From Clostridia bacterium (lineage in GTDB: Bacteria; Bacillota; Clostridia; Oscillospirales; CAG-382), in the NCBI GenBank assembly GCA_017560085.1, contig JAFYPA010000057.1, positions 23,821 to 87,820 of the forward strand: DNA of 64,000 nucleotides, in the 5' to 3' direction. The notes below the pieces were generated by a model. That model worked only from the letters and a program-made list of their open reading frames with translations. It searched no databases and had not been told where the DNA came from. Every line of letters starts with the position of its first letter. Positions within the stretch are counted from its first letter, which is position 1. Below are positions 10,437-19,213 of this stretch, in pieces. The position numbers and the translations under genes were made by a program.

Positions 10437-11939
10437 ATGACAAACTACAATCTTGTAAACGGTAATATCATCAGAGGCGACGAAGTAATTCCCGTATACG
10501 GCGAGTATGACGTTGTTGTCGCAGGCGGTGGTATGGCAGGCGTAGGTGCCGCTCTCGGTGCCGCTAAAAACGGAGCTAAGACAATTATTATAGAAAACAC
10601 ATCCGCACTCGGCGGTCTTGTTACTATGGGACTTGTCAATATCCCTCTTGACTTTGTAAGCGGTGTGGGCAAGGAATTTGCCGACAGACTTACCGCAATG
10701 GACGGACTTCGCAATATCAACTCCGACCCCGAAAAGCACAAGCTTCTTTTCGACAGAATGATTAAGGAATACGGCGTTGATGTGCTTCTGGTTACTCCTC
10801 TTATCGACACCATTGTATCAGGTAACGAGGTAAAGGGTATCATTGTACACACAAAGAAGGGCAAGCAGGCGATCCTCGGCAAGGCATTTGTTGACGCCAC
10901 AGGAGACTCCGACCTTGTTTACTTCGCAGGCGGTGAAACTGAAACCGGCAGACCCGAGGACGGTATGTCGATGGGTACATCCCTTGAATTTATTCTCGGC
11001 GGTGTTGACTTTGACAAATATAAGGACAGCGAGCTTAAAAAGACAGACCCCAAGTGGGTGAAGTTTATCGCAAAGGCACTTGAGGAGGGCACACTCGAAT
11101 TCCCGATTGACAACCATCTTAACTGGATGACACATATCCCGGGCAGACCCGAGCATTGCTGTAAGGATGAGGTAAGCATCTGCTTTGCACATTCAAGAAA
11201 TTGCTTCCCCACAGATAACGCAGACCTTACAAGAATGTATATAGAGGGCAGAGAGCAGGTAGCCGTACTTACCGACTTCATCAGAAAATACGTTCCCGGC
11301 TTTGAAAATTGCTACCTCACACAGACAGGCTCACTTCTCGGCGTAAGAGAAAGCAGAAGAATCATCGGTGAGCACATTTTCACAGGTATGGATATCGCAT
11401 ACGCAAGAAAGTACGATGATGTTATCGCAATCAGCCAGCACGGCTTCGACCTCCACGGATTTACAGCACCCGGTAATATGAAGTGGTTCAAGGGTACTCT
11501 TCCCGACGGCAGAGAAGCATATATCGCAAACAGAGCAGGATGGGGAACACAGCTTCCTCCCGAGGACGGACTTCCAAGAGTAAATATGGTTGAGCTTGTT
11601 CCCAACGGTGAATACTGCTACGATATTCCTTACAGATGCCTTGTACCAATAAGACTTGAAAACGTTCTTGCGGCGGGCAGAAATATTTCCGCTGACGTTG
11701 CGGGACAGTCGGGTACAAGACTTATTATGTGCTGTATGACACTCGGTGAATCCGCAGGTACAGCCGCCGCCCTTGCCGTGAAGACAGGCACAACCGTAAG
11801 AAAGCTAGATGTCGGACTTCTTCAGAGAACACTTGACAAGAACGGTGTAAATATCGGACAGGGCTTCAGAAAGATTCCCGCGCTTGATGTTATCAAGGAA
11901 AACTTCGGTAAATACGATAAAGTGTCCGATAACGGCTGA
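10437..11939 (+). CDS. FAD-dependent oxidoreductase (FAD_oxidored/PF12831-like)
   Basis: N-terminal dinucleotide fold YDVVVAGGGMAGVGAALGAAKNGAKTIIIE..LGG. C-terminal IPYRCLVP...AAGRNIS...GESAGTAAALA. Paralogous to the gene at 61789-63222. Confidence 0.8.
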   Translation: MTNYNLVNGNIIRGDEVIPVYGEYDVVVAGGGMAGVGAALGAAKNGAKTIIIENTSALGGLVTMGLVNIPLDFVSGVGKEFADRLTAMDGLRNINSDPEKHKLLFDRMIKEYGVDVLLVTPLIDTIVSGNEVKGIIVHTKKGKQAILGKAFVDATGDSDLVYFAGGETETGRPEDGMSMGTSLEFILGGVDFDKYKDSELKKTDPKWVKFIAKALEEGTLEFPIDNHLNWMTHIPGRPEHCCKDEVSICFAHSRNCFPTDNADLTRMYIEGREQVAVLTDFIRKYVPGFENCYLTQTGSLLGVRESRRIIGEHIFTGMDIAYARKYDDVIAISQHGFDLHGFTAPGNMKWFKGTLPDGREAYIANRAGWGTQLPPEDGLPRVNMVELVPNGEYCYDIPYRCLVPIRLENVLAAGRNISADVAGQSGTRLIMCCMTLGESAGTAAALAVKTGTTVRKLDVGLLQRTLDKNGVNIGQGFRKIPALDVIKENFGKYDKVSDNG

Positions 11940-11953
11940 TATAAAAGATAAAA

Positions 11954-11984
11954 GGGAGAGCATTAAGCTCTCCCGATTTTTTTG
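11954..11984. terminator. Bidirectional intrinsic terminator (FAD oxidoreductase / rpiB)
   Basis: GGGAGAGC (11954-11961), loop ATTAA, GCTCTCCC (11967-11974), then GATTTTTTTG. Confidence 0.85.
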
Positions 11985-11985
11985 T

Positions 11986-12432
11986 TTACTTGTTTCTGTT
12001 TTCGATGTCTGTCATAAGGTCAACTCTTGTCTTGTGTCTTCCACCTTCGAATTCTGCTTCGAGGAAGTTGTCTACAATCATTTTAGCAAGCTCGGGACCT
12101 ACAACTCTTGCACCCATACAGAGCACATTTGCGTCATTGTGTGTTCTTGTAAGCTTTGCACTGTAAGGCTCACTGACAGCCGCCGCTCTTATTCCGTTAA
12201 CCTTGTTTGCGGACATTGACATTCCGATACCCGTTCCGCAAATGAGAATACCAAGTGCGTTTTCCTCAAGCACCTTCTTGCAGAGATTTTCCGCAGCTAC
12301 GGGATAGTCAATCTTTTCTCCGAGCTCGATTCCGAGGTTTACCGCTTCAAAGCCTTCCTTGGAAGCAACGTACTCGCAAATTTCGTTCTTGAGCTCAATG
12401 CCTGCGTGGTCACATGATAAAAATACCTTCAT
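11986..12432 (-). CDS. rpiB: Ribose-5-phosphate isomerase B
   Basis: 148 aa. MKVFLSCDHAGIELK...ILICGTGIGMSMSANK...HNDANVLCMGARV matches the RpiB/LacAB family. Confidence 0.92.
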   Translation of the reverse strand: MKVFLSCDHAGIELKNEICEYVASKEGFEAVNLGIELGEKIDYPVAAENLCKKVLEENALGILICGTGIGMSMSANKVNGIRAAAVSEPYSAKLTRTHNDANVLCMGARVVGPELAKMIVDNFLEAEFEGGRHKTRVDLMTDIENRNK

Positions 12433-12461
12433 TTTTCTACCGTCCTTTTATTTAATAAATT

Positions 12462-13250
12462 TTATTCTTCATCGTTTTGCTCGGCGAGATTCTGTAAATC
12501 AAAAATATCATCGTTTACAAGCTCGTCGGCATCATCGGATGTAACAATATTTCCTTCGTCTGTTATTTCCTCGTCGGGGGATACGGTTACCATGAACGCA
12601 TTTTCGTCAAAGGTAAGCTGATCCTCGTGGTATGAATTCTGCTGTAAAAGTAACAGCTCGTCGGCTCTGCCGCTTATTGTATCAACTCCGTCTATCTGCG
12701 GAGCAGGTCCGAGCTCCTCAATGCTTGAAAGCCCGAATGTACGGAGGAATACGGGAGTCGTCGCATAAAGAACAGGTCGTCCCGGTGTGTCAAGTCGTCC
12801 GCATTCTTCTATAAGTCCCTTTTCCGCAAGGGTTGCAACAACAGAGGGAGATTCAACGCCTCGCACCTTTTCAACAAATGCTCTTGTTGTCGGCTGATTA
12901 TATGCAATAACCGCAAGCACCTCAAGTGCGGCCTTGGATAAGGGCTGATTTTTTCTGATTTCAAGAGCTTTTCTTACTATATCACCGTACATACTCTTTG
13001 TGCAAAGCTCGGAGTAGTTTTTCATGATTACCACTTCAATAGCTGTATCGCGTTTTTTGTATCGGTTTTTAAGCTCCTCGAGAATAATCGGAATATATTC
13101 AACTCTCGTATCTATTGCCTCGGCAAGCTTATCGTGAGCAATAGCACTTCCGACTGCAAACAGTGCCGCCTCTGCCGCTACGACAAGATACTCAAGGTCG
13201 AAGGCGAGGTCAAGCTGTACGCCGTCGGTCCTAATGATATGTTCGTCCAT
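12462..13250 (-). CDS. scpB: Segregation and condensation protein B with extended acidic C-terminal tail
   Basis: LEVLAVIAYNQPTTRAFVEKVRGVESPSVVATLAEKGLIEECGRLDTPGRPVLYATTPVFLRTFGL is a typical ScpB winged helix. It lies directly downstream of scpA. Confidence 0.9.
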   Translation of the reverse strand: MDEHIIRTDGVQLDLAFDLEYLVVAAEAALFAVGSAIAHDKLAEAIDTRVEYIPIILEELKNRYKKRDTAIEVVIMKNYSELCTKSMYGDIVRKALEIRKNQPLSKAALEVLAVIAYNQPTTRAFVEKVRGVESPSVVATLAEKGLIEECGRLDTPGRPVLYATTPVFLRTFGLSSIEELGPAPQIDGVDTISGRADELLLLQQNSYHEDQLTFDENAFMVTVSPDEEITDEGNIVTSDDADELVNDDIFDLQNLAEQNDEE

Positions 13251-13268
13251 TTATATGTTCCTTTCGCT

Positions 13269-14117
13269 TCAGATAAATTCGGGAATTATGTCGTCTGTTG
13301 TGATTTCAAGAGGACTGTCCTCTGCATCCTCGTTGTACTGGATGTCACAGTCGGCGTAGTCTTCCTCTTTAAGGTAAATAACAGTAACTCTTCGACCCTT
13401 TATAAGCTCAAGCAGAGCAAGGAAGGTTGCAACAAGCTCGTGCTTGGTTTCGGAGTTGAGAAATACACTTCCGAGAGTTGTTCTTTTAACTGTCTTAAGA
13501 ACACTCACCACCGAATTGATTTTTTCTGTTACGCTTATCTGCCTTGTTGCAGTGATAAGCTCGTCTATAGGCTCTTCAATGGGAGCCAGCTCCTCGGATG
13601 CGAATTTTCTCGAGTATGCACGCACGAAAGCATCCTTTAATAGCTGAATATCGTGTAACAGACTGTACTCGGGCTCGGATTCAATCTTTTCCGGAGGCTT
13701 TTCGAATCTGCCCATATAGGTAAGCTCTCTGTCGTGAAGCTCGCTTGCGGTTTCCTTTGCCTTCTGATATTCAAGAAGCATATCAACAAGCTCCTGTCTC
13801 GGGTCTTCCTCGTCATCTTCTTTAGGTGGCAAAAGCATTCTGGATTTGATTACCATAAGCTGTGCCGCCATAACTATAAAAGAGGAGGCAACCTCCATAT
13901 TGAACATTTCCATCTGAGCTATATAATCCATATACTGCTCAAATATCAGCTGAATGGGAATGTCGTAGATGCTTACTTTGTTTTTTGCAATGAGTGCAAG
14001 AAGCAGGTCAAGAGGACCTTCGAATACTTCTTCAAGGGAAAACGTAAGACCCTCGTTCTCTTCAAGTATACTCAGGGTTTCAATTTCTGCTGCTGTAATA
14101 TTGTTTTCTTTCGGCAT
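13269..14117 (-). CDS. scpA: Segregation and condensation protein A
   Basis: FEGPLDLLLALIAKNKVSIYDIPIQLIFEQY is the conserved ScpA N-terminus. The C-terminal winged helix reads ELVATFLALLELIK. Confidence 0.92.
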   Translation of the reverse strand: MPKENNITAAEIETLSILEENEGLTFSLEEVFEGPLDLLLALIAKNKVSIYDIPIQLIFEQYMDYIAQMEMFNMEVASSFIVMAAQLMVIKSRMLLPPKEDDEEDPRQELVDMLLEYQKAKETASELHDRELTYMGRFEKPPEKIESEPEYSLLHDIQLLKDAFVRAYSRKFASEELAPIEEPIDELITATRQISVTEKINSVVSVLKTVKRTTLGSVFLNSETKHELVATFLALLELIKGRRVTVIYLKEEDYADCDIQYNEDAEDSPLEITTDDIIPEFI

Positions 14118-14136
14118 TTCAGTTTCCTTAATATTT

Positions 14137-14868
14137 TTATAGTATAAACGGGAGCAGGGATATTAAATATTCCATTCCGTTGTAAATAGCGCTTCTTATT
14201 GCGATGAGAGGCTTATCAAGAATATTTGTAATAAACAGAACAAGAATTACAATGCTTATAAGATGCTCGTTCTTGTAGAACCACACCTGAGCTTTGGCGG
14301 GAAGGAATATCGTGAGAATTCTCGATCCGTCAAGCGGAGGAATCGGAATCAGATTGAACACTCCGAGACCAATATTCAGTAGTGCGAAGTAGGTAAAGAA
14401 AATATAGCAGGCAATTGCAATAGGGGAAACCTCGGTAATTCCGTATGCCGCAAGGAAGGACGCGGAAATTCCGTATTTGTTGAGAGTAACCGTCTCGGTA
14501 ACAAGAACTCCGAATACTCCGATAAAGGCAAGAATGAAATTTGCAAGCACACCCGCAATTGATATAAGGAACGTTCCGAGCTTGTAATTAACCCTTGTGA
14601 CGTTTCTCATATTGACGGGTACGGGCTTTGCAAAGCCGAAGCCGAAAAGCAGGAGCATAAGAGCACCGAATGGGTCAAGATGGTGCAAGGGATTAAGACT
14701 GAGCCTTCCCATCATCATAGCTGTTTTGTCACCGAGTATAAAAGCCATCTTGCCGTGTGCGTATTCGTGTACCGTGAGTGCTATCAGAAGCGCGGGAATC
14801 ATCAGTATCAGCGTTATCAGCGCCAATGTAGGATTTTCGCCGAAGCTGTTGAAAATGGAAAATAGCAT
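14137..14868 (-). CDS. Peptidase M50 (site-2 protease family) membrane metalloprotease
   Basis: HEYAHG zinc motif within a polytopic membrane protein; LNLIPIPPLDGSRI motif. The ATG at 14868 has an AAAGGAA RBS. The ORF-track GTG at 14898 abuts the upstream stop. Confidence 0.85.
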   Translation of the reverse strand: MLFSIFNSFGENPTLALITLILMIPALLIALTVHEYAHGKMAFILGDKTAMMMGRLSLNPLHHLDPFGALMLLLFGFGFAKPVPVNMRNVTRVNYKLGTFLISIAGVLANFILAFIGVFGVLVTETVTLNKYGISASFLAAYGITEVSPIAIACYIFFTYFALLNIGLGVFNLIPIPPLDGSRILTIFLPAKAQVWFYKNEHLISIVILVLFITNILDKPLIAIRSAIYNGMEYLISLLPFIL

Positions 14869-14898
14869 TTTGAATTCCTTTCTTAAATCGGGTATCAC

Positions 14899-16077
14899 TC
14901 AGTTACCGCTTCTGTTGAAATCTCTGTCAACCGTGATTACCGTAAACCAGTTGGGGTGTAGCTTCTTTGTTTCTGCGTCAATAACAGATTTGATTTCTTC
15001 TTCGCTGTATTTGAATTCAAAGGGAATGCAAACGTCAAATATCAGATTGGTATGCGTGTCACCGACAACAATTCTGAAATCGTGCATAGAAATCTCGTCC
15101 GAAATATTTCGTATAATTTCCTTTATTACAGAACGAGCCTCATCAACCTCGGGACTGTCCGTAACTATAGGGTCCATATGAATAACAAGATTTATACCGA
15201 GATTTTTTGCAAAATCCCGTTCTATGTTATCAATTATGTCGTGTGTTTTCAAAACATCCGCATTGGCATCTACCTCTGCGTGGACCGTAGCAAAGCATTT
15301 GTTTGCACCATATGAATGAATTACAAGGTCGTGTATGCCAAGAATTTCATCGTAATTCATTATTGCTTCGGAAATGCTGTCGATGGTTTCCTTGCTCGGT
15401 ACAGTACCGATAAGAGGATTAGCCGTTTCGATTACAAGCTTGACTCCTGAATACATAATGAATAGCGATACAGCAATTCCGATAAAGCCGTCAAGTACAA
15501 TTCCGCTGAAAAAGGAGATAACCGTTGAAATCAGAACAGCCGTTGTCGAAATGACATCGTTAAAGCTGTCGGTGAATGCCGCAATCAGGGTTTCGGATTT
15601 AATAAGCCTTCCGATTCTTCTGTAAAAAAGTCCCTGGTAAAGCTTTCCGAAAATAGATATTACCAGAATAATGAATGTAATCGGCTGGAAATTGGGAAGC
15701 TCGGGAGAAAAAAGCTTTTGTGCGGAGCTTGTCAGAAGCTCGAATCCGATAAAAAGAATAAGCACGGATATTCCGAGTCCCGTCAGATATTCCATTCTTT
15801 CGTGCCCGTAAGGGTGGTCTGCGTCGGCGGGCTTTGATGAAAGCTTGAAGCCTATTATTGTAAGAATGGACGAGCCCGAATCTGCTAGATTGTTTACAGA
15901 GTCCGCAATAATTGAAATACTGCCGGACAGCACGCCGATGGAAAGCTTAAGTAAAAATAGTATTAAATTTGTAATAATTCCGAAAACCCCGGCGAAAGTA
16001 CCGTAGGATTCGCGGACGGCAGGGGAGGAAATGTTGTTGTGATTTTTGATAAATAGCCTTATTAAAAAATTAAACAT
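14899..16077 (-). CDS. Cation diffusion facilitator (CDF) family metal efflux transporter
   Basis: Six-TM N-terminal domain (SISIIADSVNNLADSGSS, DHPYGHERMEY) plus a C-terminal cytoplasmic dimerisation domain (IHDLVIHSYG...ATVHAEVD). Confidence 0.85.
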   Translation of the reverse strand: MFNFLIRLFIKNHNNISSPAVRESYGTFAGVFGIITNLILFLLKLSIGVLSGSISIIADSVNNLADSGSSILTIIGFKLSSKPADADHPYGHERMEYLTGLGISVLILFIGFELLTSSAQKLFSPELPNFQPITFIILVISIFGKLYQGLFYRRIGRLIKSETLIAAFTDSFNDVISTTAVLISTVISFFSGIVLDGFIGIAVSLFIMYSGVKLVIETANPLIGTVPSKETIDSISEAIMNYDEILGIHDLVIHSYGANKCFATVHAEVDANADVLKTHDIIDNIERDFAKNLGINLVIHMDPIVTDSPEVDEARSVIKEIIRNISDEISMHDFRIVVGDTHTNLIFDVCIPFEFKYSEEEIKSVIDAETKKLHPNWFTVITVDRDFNRSGN

Positions 16078-16104
16078 AGTATCACCGTATAATTATTTCT
16101 ATAT

Positions 16105-16133
16105 ATTATATTACTTATTTATCGGAAAGTCAA
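16105..16133 (-). promoter_or_regulatory. Sigma-A-type promoter for the CDF-M50-scpAB-rpiB gene string
   Basis: On the minus strand: TTGACT (16133-16128), 17-nt spacer, TATAAT (16110-16105). The leader is short (about 30 nt). Confidence 0.6.
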
Positions 16134-16209
16134 TAAATGAGATGTGAAATATTTTAAACTAAGTATAAAAAAGGATGTTATATTACAAATAGTTCATTGT
16201 TTTGGATAA

Positions 16210-16284
16210 ATAATCAAAAAAAATCAAAATAATTTTATGTTTCCCTCAAAATAATCAAAAAAACACTTGACAATAATCAAAAAA
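16210..16284 (+). repeat. Three direct copies of ATAATCAAAAAA upstream of and within the SLH-protein promoter
   Basis: Copies start at 16210, 16251 and 16273 (spacing 41 and 22 bp). The third copy fills the promoter spacer. Confidence 0.6.
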
Positions 16285-16295
16285 TGTTGTAAAAT
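16267..16295 (+). promoter_or_regulatory. Sigma-A-type promoter for the SLH surface protein gene
   Basis: TTGACA (16267-16272), 17-nt spacer, TAAAAT (16290-16295). Confidence 0.65.
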
Positions 16296-16357
16296 ACTAT
16301 TATGTATAGGGGAAAAGTATCCCCAAAATAAAAAATAATATTTCGGAGGAAAAGAAA

Positions 16358-18151
16358 GTGAAGAACACAAAGAGATTACTTTCCTTAATTCTTTCCGGTG
16401 TAATGCTTGCATCATCTGCAGCTTTCACCGCAAATGCAGCTAAAATCACACCTAAGTACCAGGTTGATTTTAAGTACGACGTATGGAATGAAACAGCAAC
16501 CGCTGAAATTTCCGTTTCCGGTGGTACATACGGTATCGGTCGTTTCGGCTTTGATTACAACGAAGAAGCTTTGGTGCTTGTAAACGCTGAAGGCGAAGCT
16601 TACAATCCCGAGATCGAATTCGTTGCTGACGCTGTTATCGGTGAATCTAACGATGATTACACTGTTATGACAACAGAAGAAACAAACTTTGCCGCTGATC
16701 TTATTGATATCGAAAACGGTACAGTTCTTTTTGCATGGGCTGTTAACGGCGATAAGTTTATTGATTCCGCTGACGAAGCAAAGCTTGTTGCTACCGTTAA
16801 CTTCAAGCTTACAGAAGAGTATGCAGCTGAAGAAAACCCCAAGACAGCACTTAACAAGATCAAGGGCAAGCTTATAAAGCTCGCTGATGATGAAATCGTT
16901 GAAGATCTTGCCGGCTGGAAGAGCCTTTATGAGGTTGTAACAGAAGATTATGATATTTACGAAGTTGCAGACAAGAATGTAAAGACATCTGTTGCATTTG
17001 TAAATGAGCCTACAGTTACAACAACAACTACAAGCGTTACAGTTAAGTGGGATGAAAACGATCTCGCTGATAAATTTGAAGTTACAGTTACAGATGAAGA
17101 CGGAAATGTTATCTATACAGAAACTGTAGAAGGAAACGAAATAAAGCTTACTAAGGACGAAGGTCTTGAAAAGGGCGAAGAGTATGTAATCACAATCACT
17201 CCTAAGGATGAAAACGGCGACGCTCTTAAGGCTATCGATATTCCCGTTAAGATGGAAAAGACAACAACAACTACCGGCGGCAATAGCGGTACTTCCTCCG
17301 GCGACGGTGCTTCTATGACATTCACAGTTACTTACGTTGCAGGTGAAGGTACAATTCCCGAAGGTCAGAAGTTCAAGTACACAGTAGCTCGTAACGGCTA
17401 TGTAAGCGGTTCTCCCGCAGTTATCGCTCCCGAAGGAAAGGTATTCGCAGGCTGGTCCGTTGACGGTGTAACACTTATCAGTGTTGAAGTTTACAAGATC
17501 ACAAAGGATATCGCATTCAAGGCTATCTATGTTGAAAGAGAAGAGGATACACACAGACCCTTCATTCTCGGTTATCCCGGCGGTGAAGTAAGAGCTGATA
17601 ACTTCCTCACAAGAGCTGAAGCTGCTACAATCATTGCAAGAGCTTCCAAGACATTCGACAGCAACAAGACATACACAGCTAACTTCACAGACGTTCCCGC
17701 TGATCACTGGGCTGCTAACTACATCGCTTACGTTTACGAAAGCAACATCGTAACAGGCTATGAAGATAACACATTCCATCCCTCCAGCAACATCACAAGA
17801 GCAGAATTTGCTACAATTATGCAGAGATTCCTCGGCATTGAATTCAATGAAGATGCACTCTTCACAGACGTAGACAAGTCTCACTGGGCAGTTGCTTACA
17901 TCGGTGCATGTAAGGCAGCAGGTCTTATCAACGGTTACGAAAACGGTGAATTCAGACCCGCTAACTCCATCACAAGAGCAGAAGCTGTTAAGATTCTCAA
18001 CAGAGCATCCGACAGAATTCCTACTCCTACAGCAATCGATGCATATGTAGCTGAAAAGGGCGTTCCCTTCGAAGATCTCGACGCAGCTAAGTGGTACTAC
18101 TACGAAATTATGGAAGCTGCATTCCCGCACCTTATCACATACTACCACTAA
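16358..18151 (+). CDS. Secreted multidomain cell-surface protein with three C-terminal SLH domains
   Basis: - Signal peptide: MKNTKRLLSLILSGVMLASSAAFTANA.
- Cohesin-like N-terminal module (pattern only).
- Fn3-like module: TSVTVKWDEN...YVITITPKD.
- Thr/Gly/Ser linker.
- Listeria-Bacteroides-type repeat: VFAGWSVDG.
- Three SLH repeats: FTDVPADHWAANYIAYV.., FTDVDKSHWAVAYIGAC...
- GTG start after a GGAGG RBS. Confidence 0.85.
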   Translation: MKNTKRLLSLILSGVMLASSAAFTANAAKITPKYQVDFKYDVWNETATAEISVSGGTYGIGRFGFDYNEEALVLVNAEGEAYNPEIEFVADAVIGESNDDYTVMTTEETNFAADLIDIENGTVLFAWAVNGDKFIDSADEAKLVATVNFKLTEEYAAEENPKTALNKIKGKLIKLADDEIVEDLAGWKSLYEVVTEDYDIYEVADKNVKTSVAFVNEPTVTTTTTSVTVKWDENDLADKFEVTVTDEDGNVIYTETVEGNEIKLTKDEGLEKGEEYVITITPKDENGDALKAIDIPVKMEKTTTTTGGNSGTSSGDGASMTFTVTYVAGEGTIPEGQKFKYTVARNGYVSGSPAVIAPEGKVFAGWSVDGVTLISVEVYKITKDIAFKAIYVEREEDTHRPFILGYPGGEVRADNFLTRAEAATIIARASKTFDSNKTYTANFTDVPADHWAANYIAYVYESNIVTGYEDNTFHPSSNITRAEFATIMQRFLGIEFNEDALFTDVDKSHWAVAYIGACKAAGLINGYENGEFRPANSITRAEAVKILNRASDRIPTPTAIDAYVAEKGVPFEDLDAAKWYYYEIMEAAFPHLITYYH

Positions 18152-18164
18152 TTTAGTAGTTATG

Positions 18165-18192
18165 GTCCCGGAGGAAACTCCGGGACTTTTTC
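18165..18192 (+). terminator. Intrinsic terminator of the SLH protein gene
   Basis: GTCCCGGAG, loop GAAA, CTCCGGGAC, then TTTTTC. Confidence 0.9.
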
Positions 18193-18236
18193 TTTAAATT
18201 TATATAGATTTATGTAAAAATTAACAAAATAAACAC

Positions 18237-18265
18237 TTGAAATAAATCTTTAATGATGATATAAT
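18237..18265 (+). promoter_or_regulatory. Sigma-A-type promoter for the TIM-barrel/SDR gene pair
   Basis: TTGAAA (18237-18242), 17-nt spacer, TATAAT (18260-18265). Confidence 0.7.
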
Positions 18266-18333
18266 TATAATGTAAGTTGTCACACTTCAAGACAACAAAT
18301 ATAAAATGCCGCAAGGCAATGGAGGTATATATT

Positions 18334-19155
18334 ATGAAAACTCTTCCCGTTGGTATTCAGGTTTATTCTCTCAGAGAAGAAGCTTCCAAGGATTTTGAAG
18401 GCACAATGAAAAAGGTTAAGGAGCTCGGCTATGATTTCGTAGAGCTTGCAGGTCTTTACGGTATTCCTGCTGTTGAAGTTAAGGCTATCCTCGATAAGGT
18501 AGGTCTTCCTTGCCATTCCGCTCATGTTGCTGAGCTTATGGGTGACGGCGATGTTGAAAAGGTTCTTGACGACTATGTTACAATCGGCTGTAAGTATGTT
18601 GTTGTTCCTTATCTCGCAGAAGGTCTCCGTCCCGGTGATGAAAACTTCGATCAGATTCTTGCTAAGATGGAAAACGTTGGTAAGATGGCTCGCGCTAAGG
18701 GTATTACACTTCTTTATCACAACCATGACTTTGAATTCATTAAGATGCCCGATGGCTCTTACGGTCTTGATTATATGTACAACAATACAGCTATCGAAAA
18801 TCTTCAGACAGAGCTCGATACCTGCTGGGTAAATGTTGGCGGTGAAAACCCTGCTGAATATGTTAAGAAGTATACAGGCAGAGCTCCTGTAGTTCATCTC
18901 AAGGACTTTGAAGGCTCCAAGTCTGCTCAGATGTACGAGCTTATCGGTATCAAGTCCGAAAAGAAGGAAGAAGTAAAGAATACATTTAAGTTCAGACCCG
19001 TAGGCTACGGTAAGCAGGACTTCCCCTCAATTCTTGAGGCTGCAGTTGCCGCAGGCGCATCCTATGTAGTAGTTGAGCAGGACCAGTGGTATGATACTCC
19101 CGCACTCGAATGTGCTAAGATGAGCAGAGAATACCTCAAGACTCTCGGCTGGTAA
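18334..19155 (+). CDS. Sugar phosphate isomerase/epimerase family protein (xylose-isomerase-like TIM barrel)
   Basis: MKTLPVGIQVYSLRE...GYDFVELAG...LLYHNHDFEF...ELDTCW...VHLKD is typical of the AP_endonuc_2/xylose-isomerase-like fold. The ATG at 18334 follows GGAGG. The ORF-track start at 18277 lies only about 12 nt downstream of the -10 box, leaving essentially no leader or RBS. Confidence 0.8.
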   Translation: MKTLPVGIQVYSLREEASKDFEGTMKKVKELGYDFVELAGLYGIPAVEVKAILDKVGLPCHSAHVAELMGDGDVEKVLDDYVTIGCKYVVVPYLAEGLRPGDENFDQILAKMENVGKMARAKGITLLYHNHDFEFIKMPDGSYGLDYMYNNTAIENLQTELDTCWVNVGGENPAEYVKKYTGRAPVVHLKDFEGSKSAQMYELIGIKSEKKEEVKNTFKFRPVGYGKQDFPSILEAAVAAGASYVVVEQDQWYDTPALECAKMSREYLKTLGW

Positions 19156-19166
19156 TCAGAATTTTC

Positions 19167-19195
19167 GGGGCGGACTATGTTCGCCCTTAATTTTA
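19167..19195 (+). terminator. Weak hairpin between the TIM-barrel and SDR genes (possible partial terminator)
   Basis: GGGGCG...CGCCC stem followed by TTAATTTTAA. Confidence 0.35.
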
Positions 19196-19213
19196 AACTG
19201 AAAGGAATTCAAA

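Noticed and set aside
10170-10739. A 189-aa minus-strand ORF overlapping the ferredoxin gene and the start of the flavoprotein gene.
   Set aside because: It overlaps two motif-supported genes on the opposite strand and has no RBS or motif.
16078-16133. A search for a metal riboswitch (czcD/NiCo or yybP-ykoY) ahead of the CDF transporter.
   Set aside because: The leader from the TTGACT-17-TATAAT promoter is about 30 nt and unstructured, leaving no room for an aptamer.
16412-18148. A 578-aa ORF on the minus strand spanning the entire SLH-protein gene.
   Set aside because: It is exactly antisense to a gene with a signal peptide, recognisable domains, an RBS, a promoter and a terminator. Its translation is Cys-rich and low-complexity, with no start context. 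The open antisense frame is a by-product of strong codon bias in the sense gene, which avoids TTA/CTA/TCA in that register.
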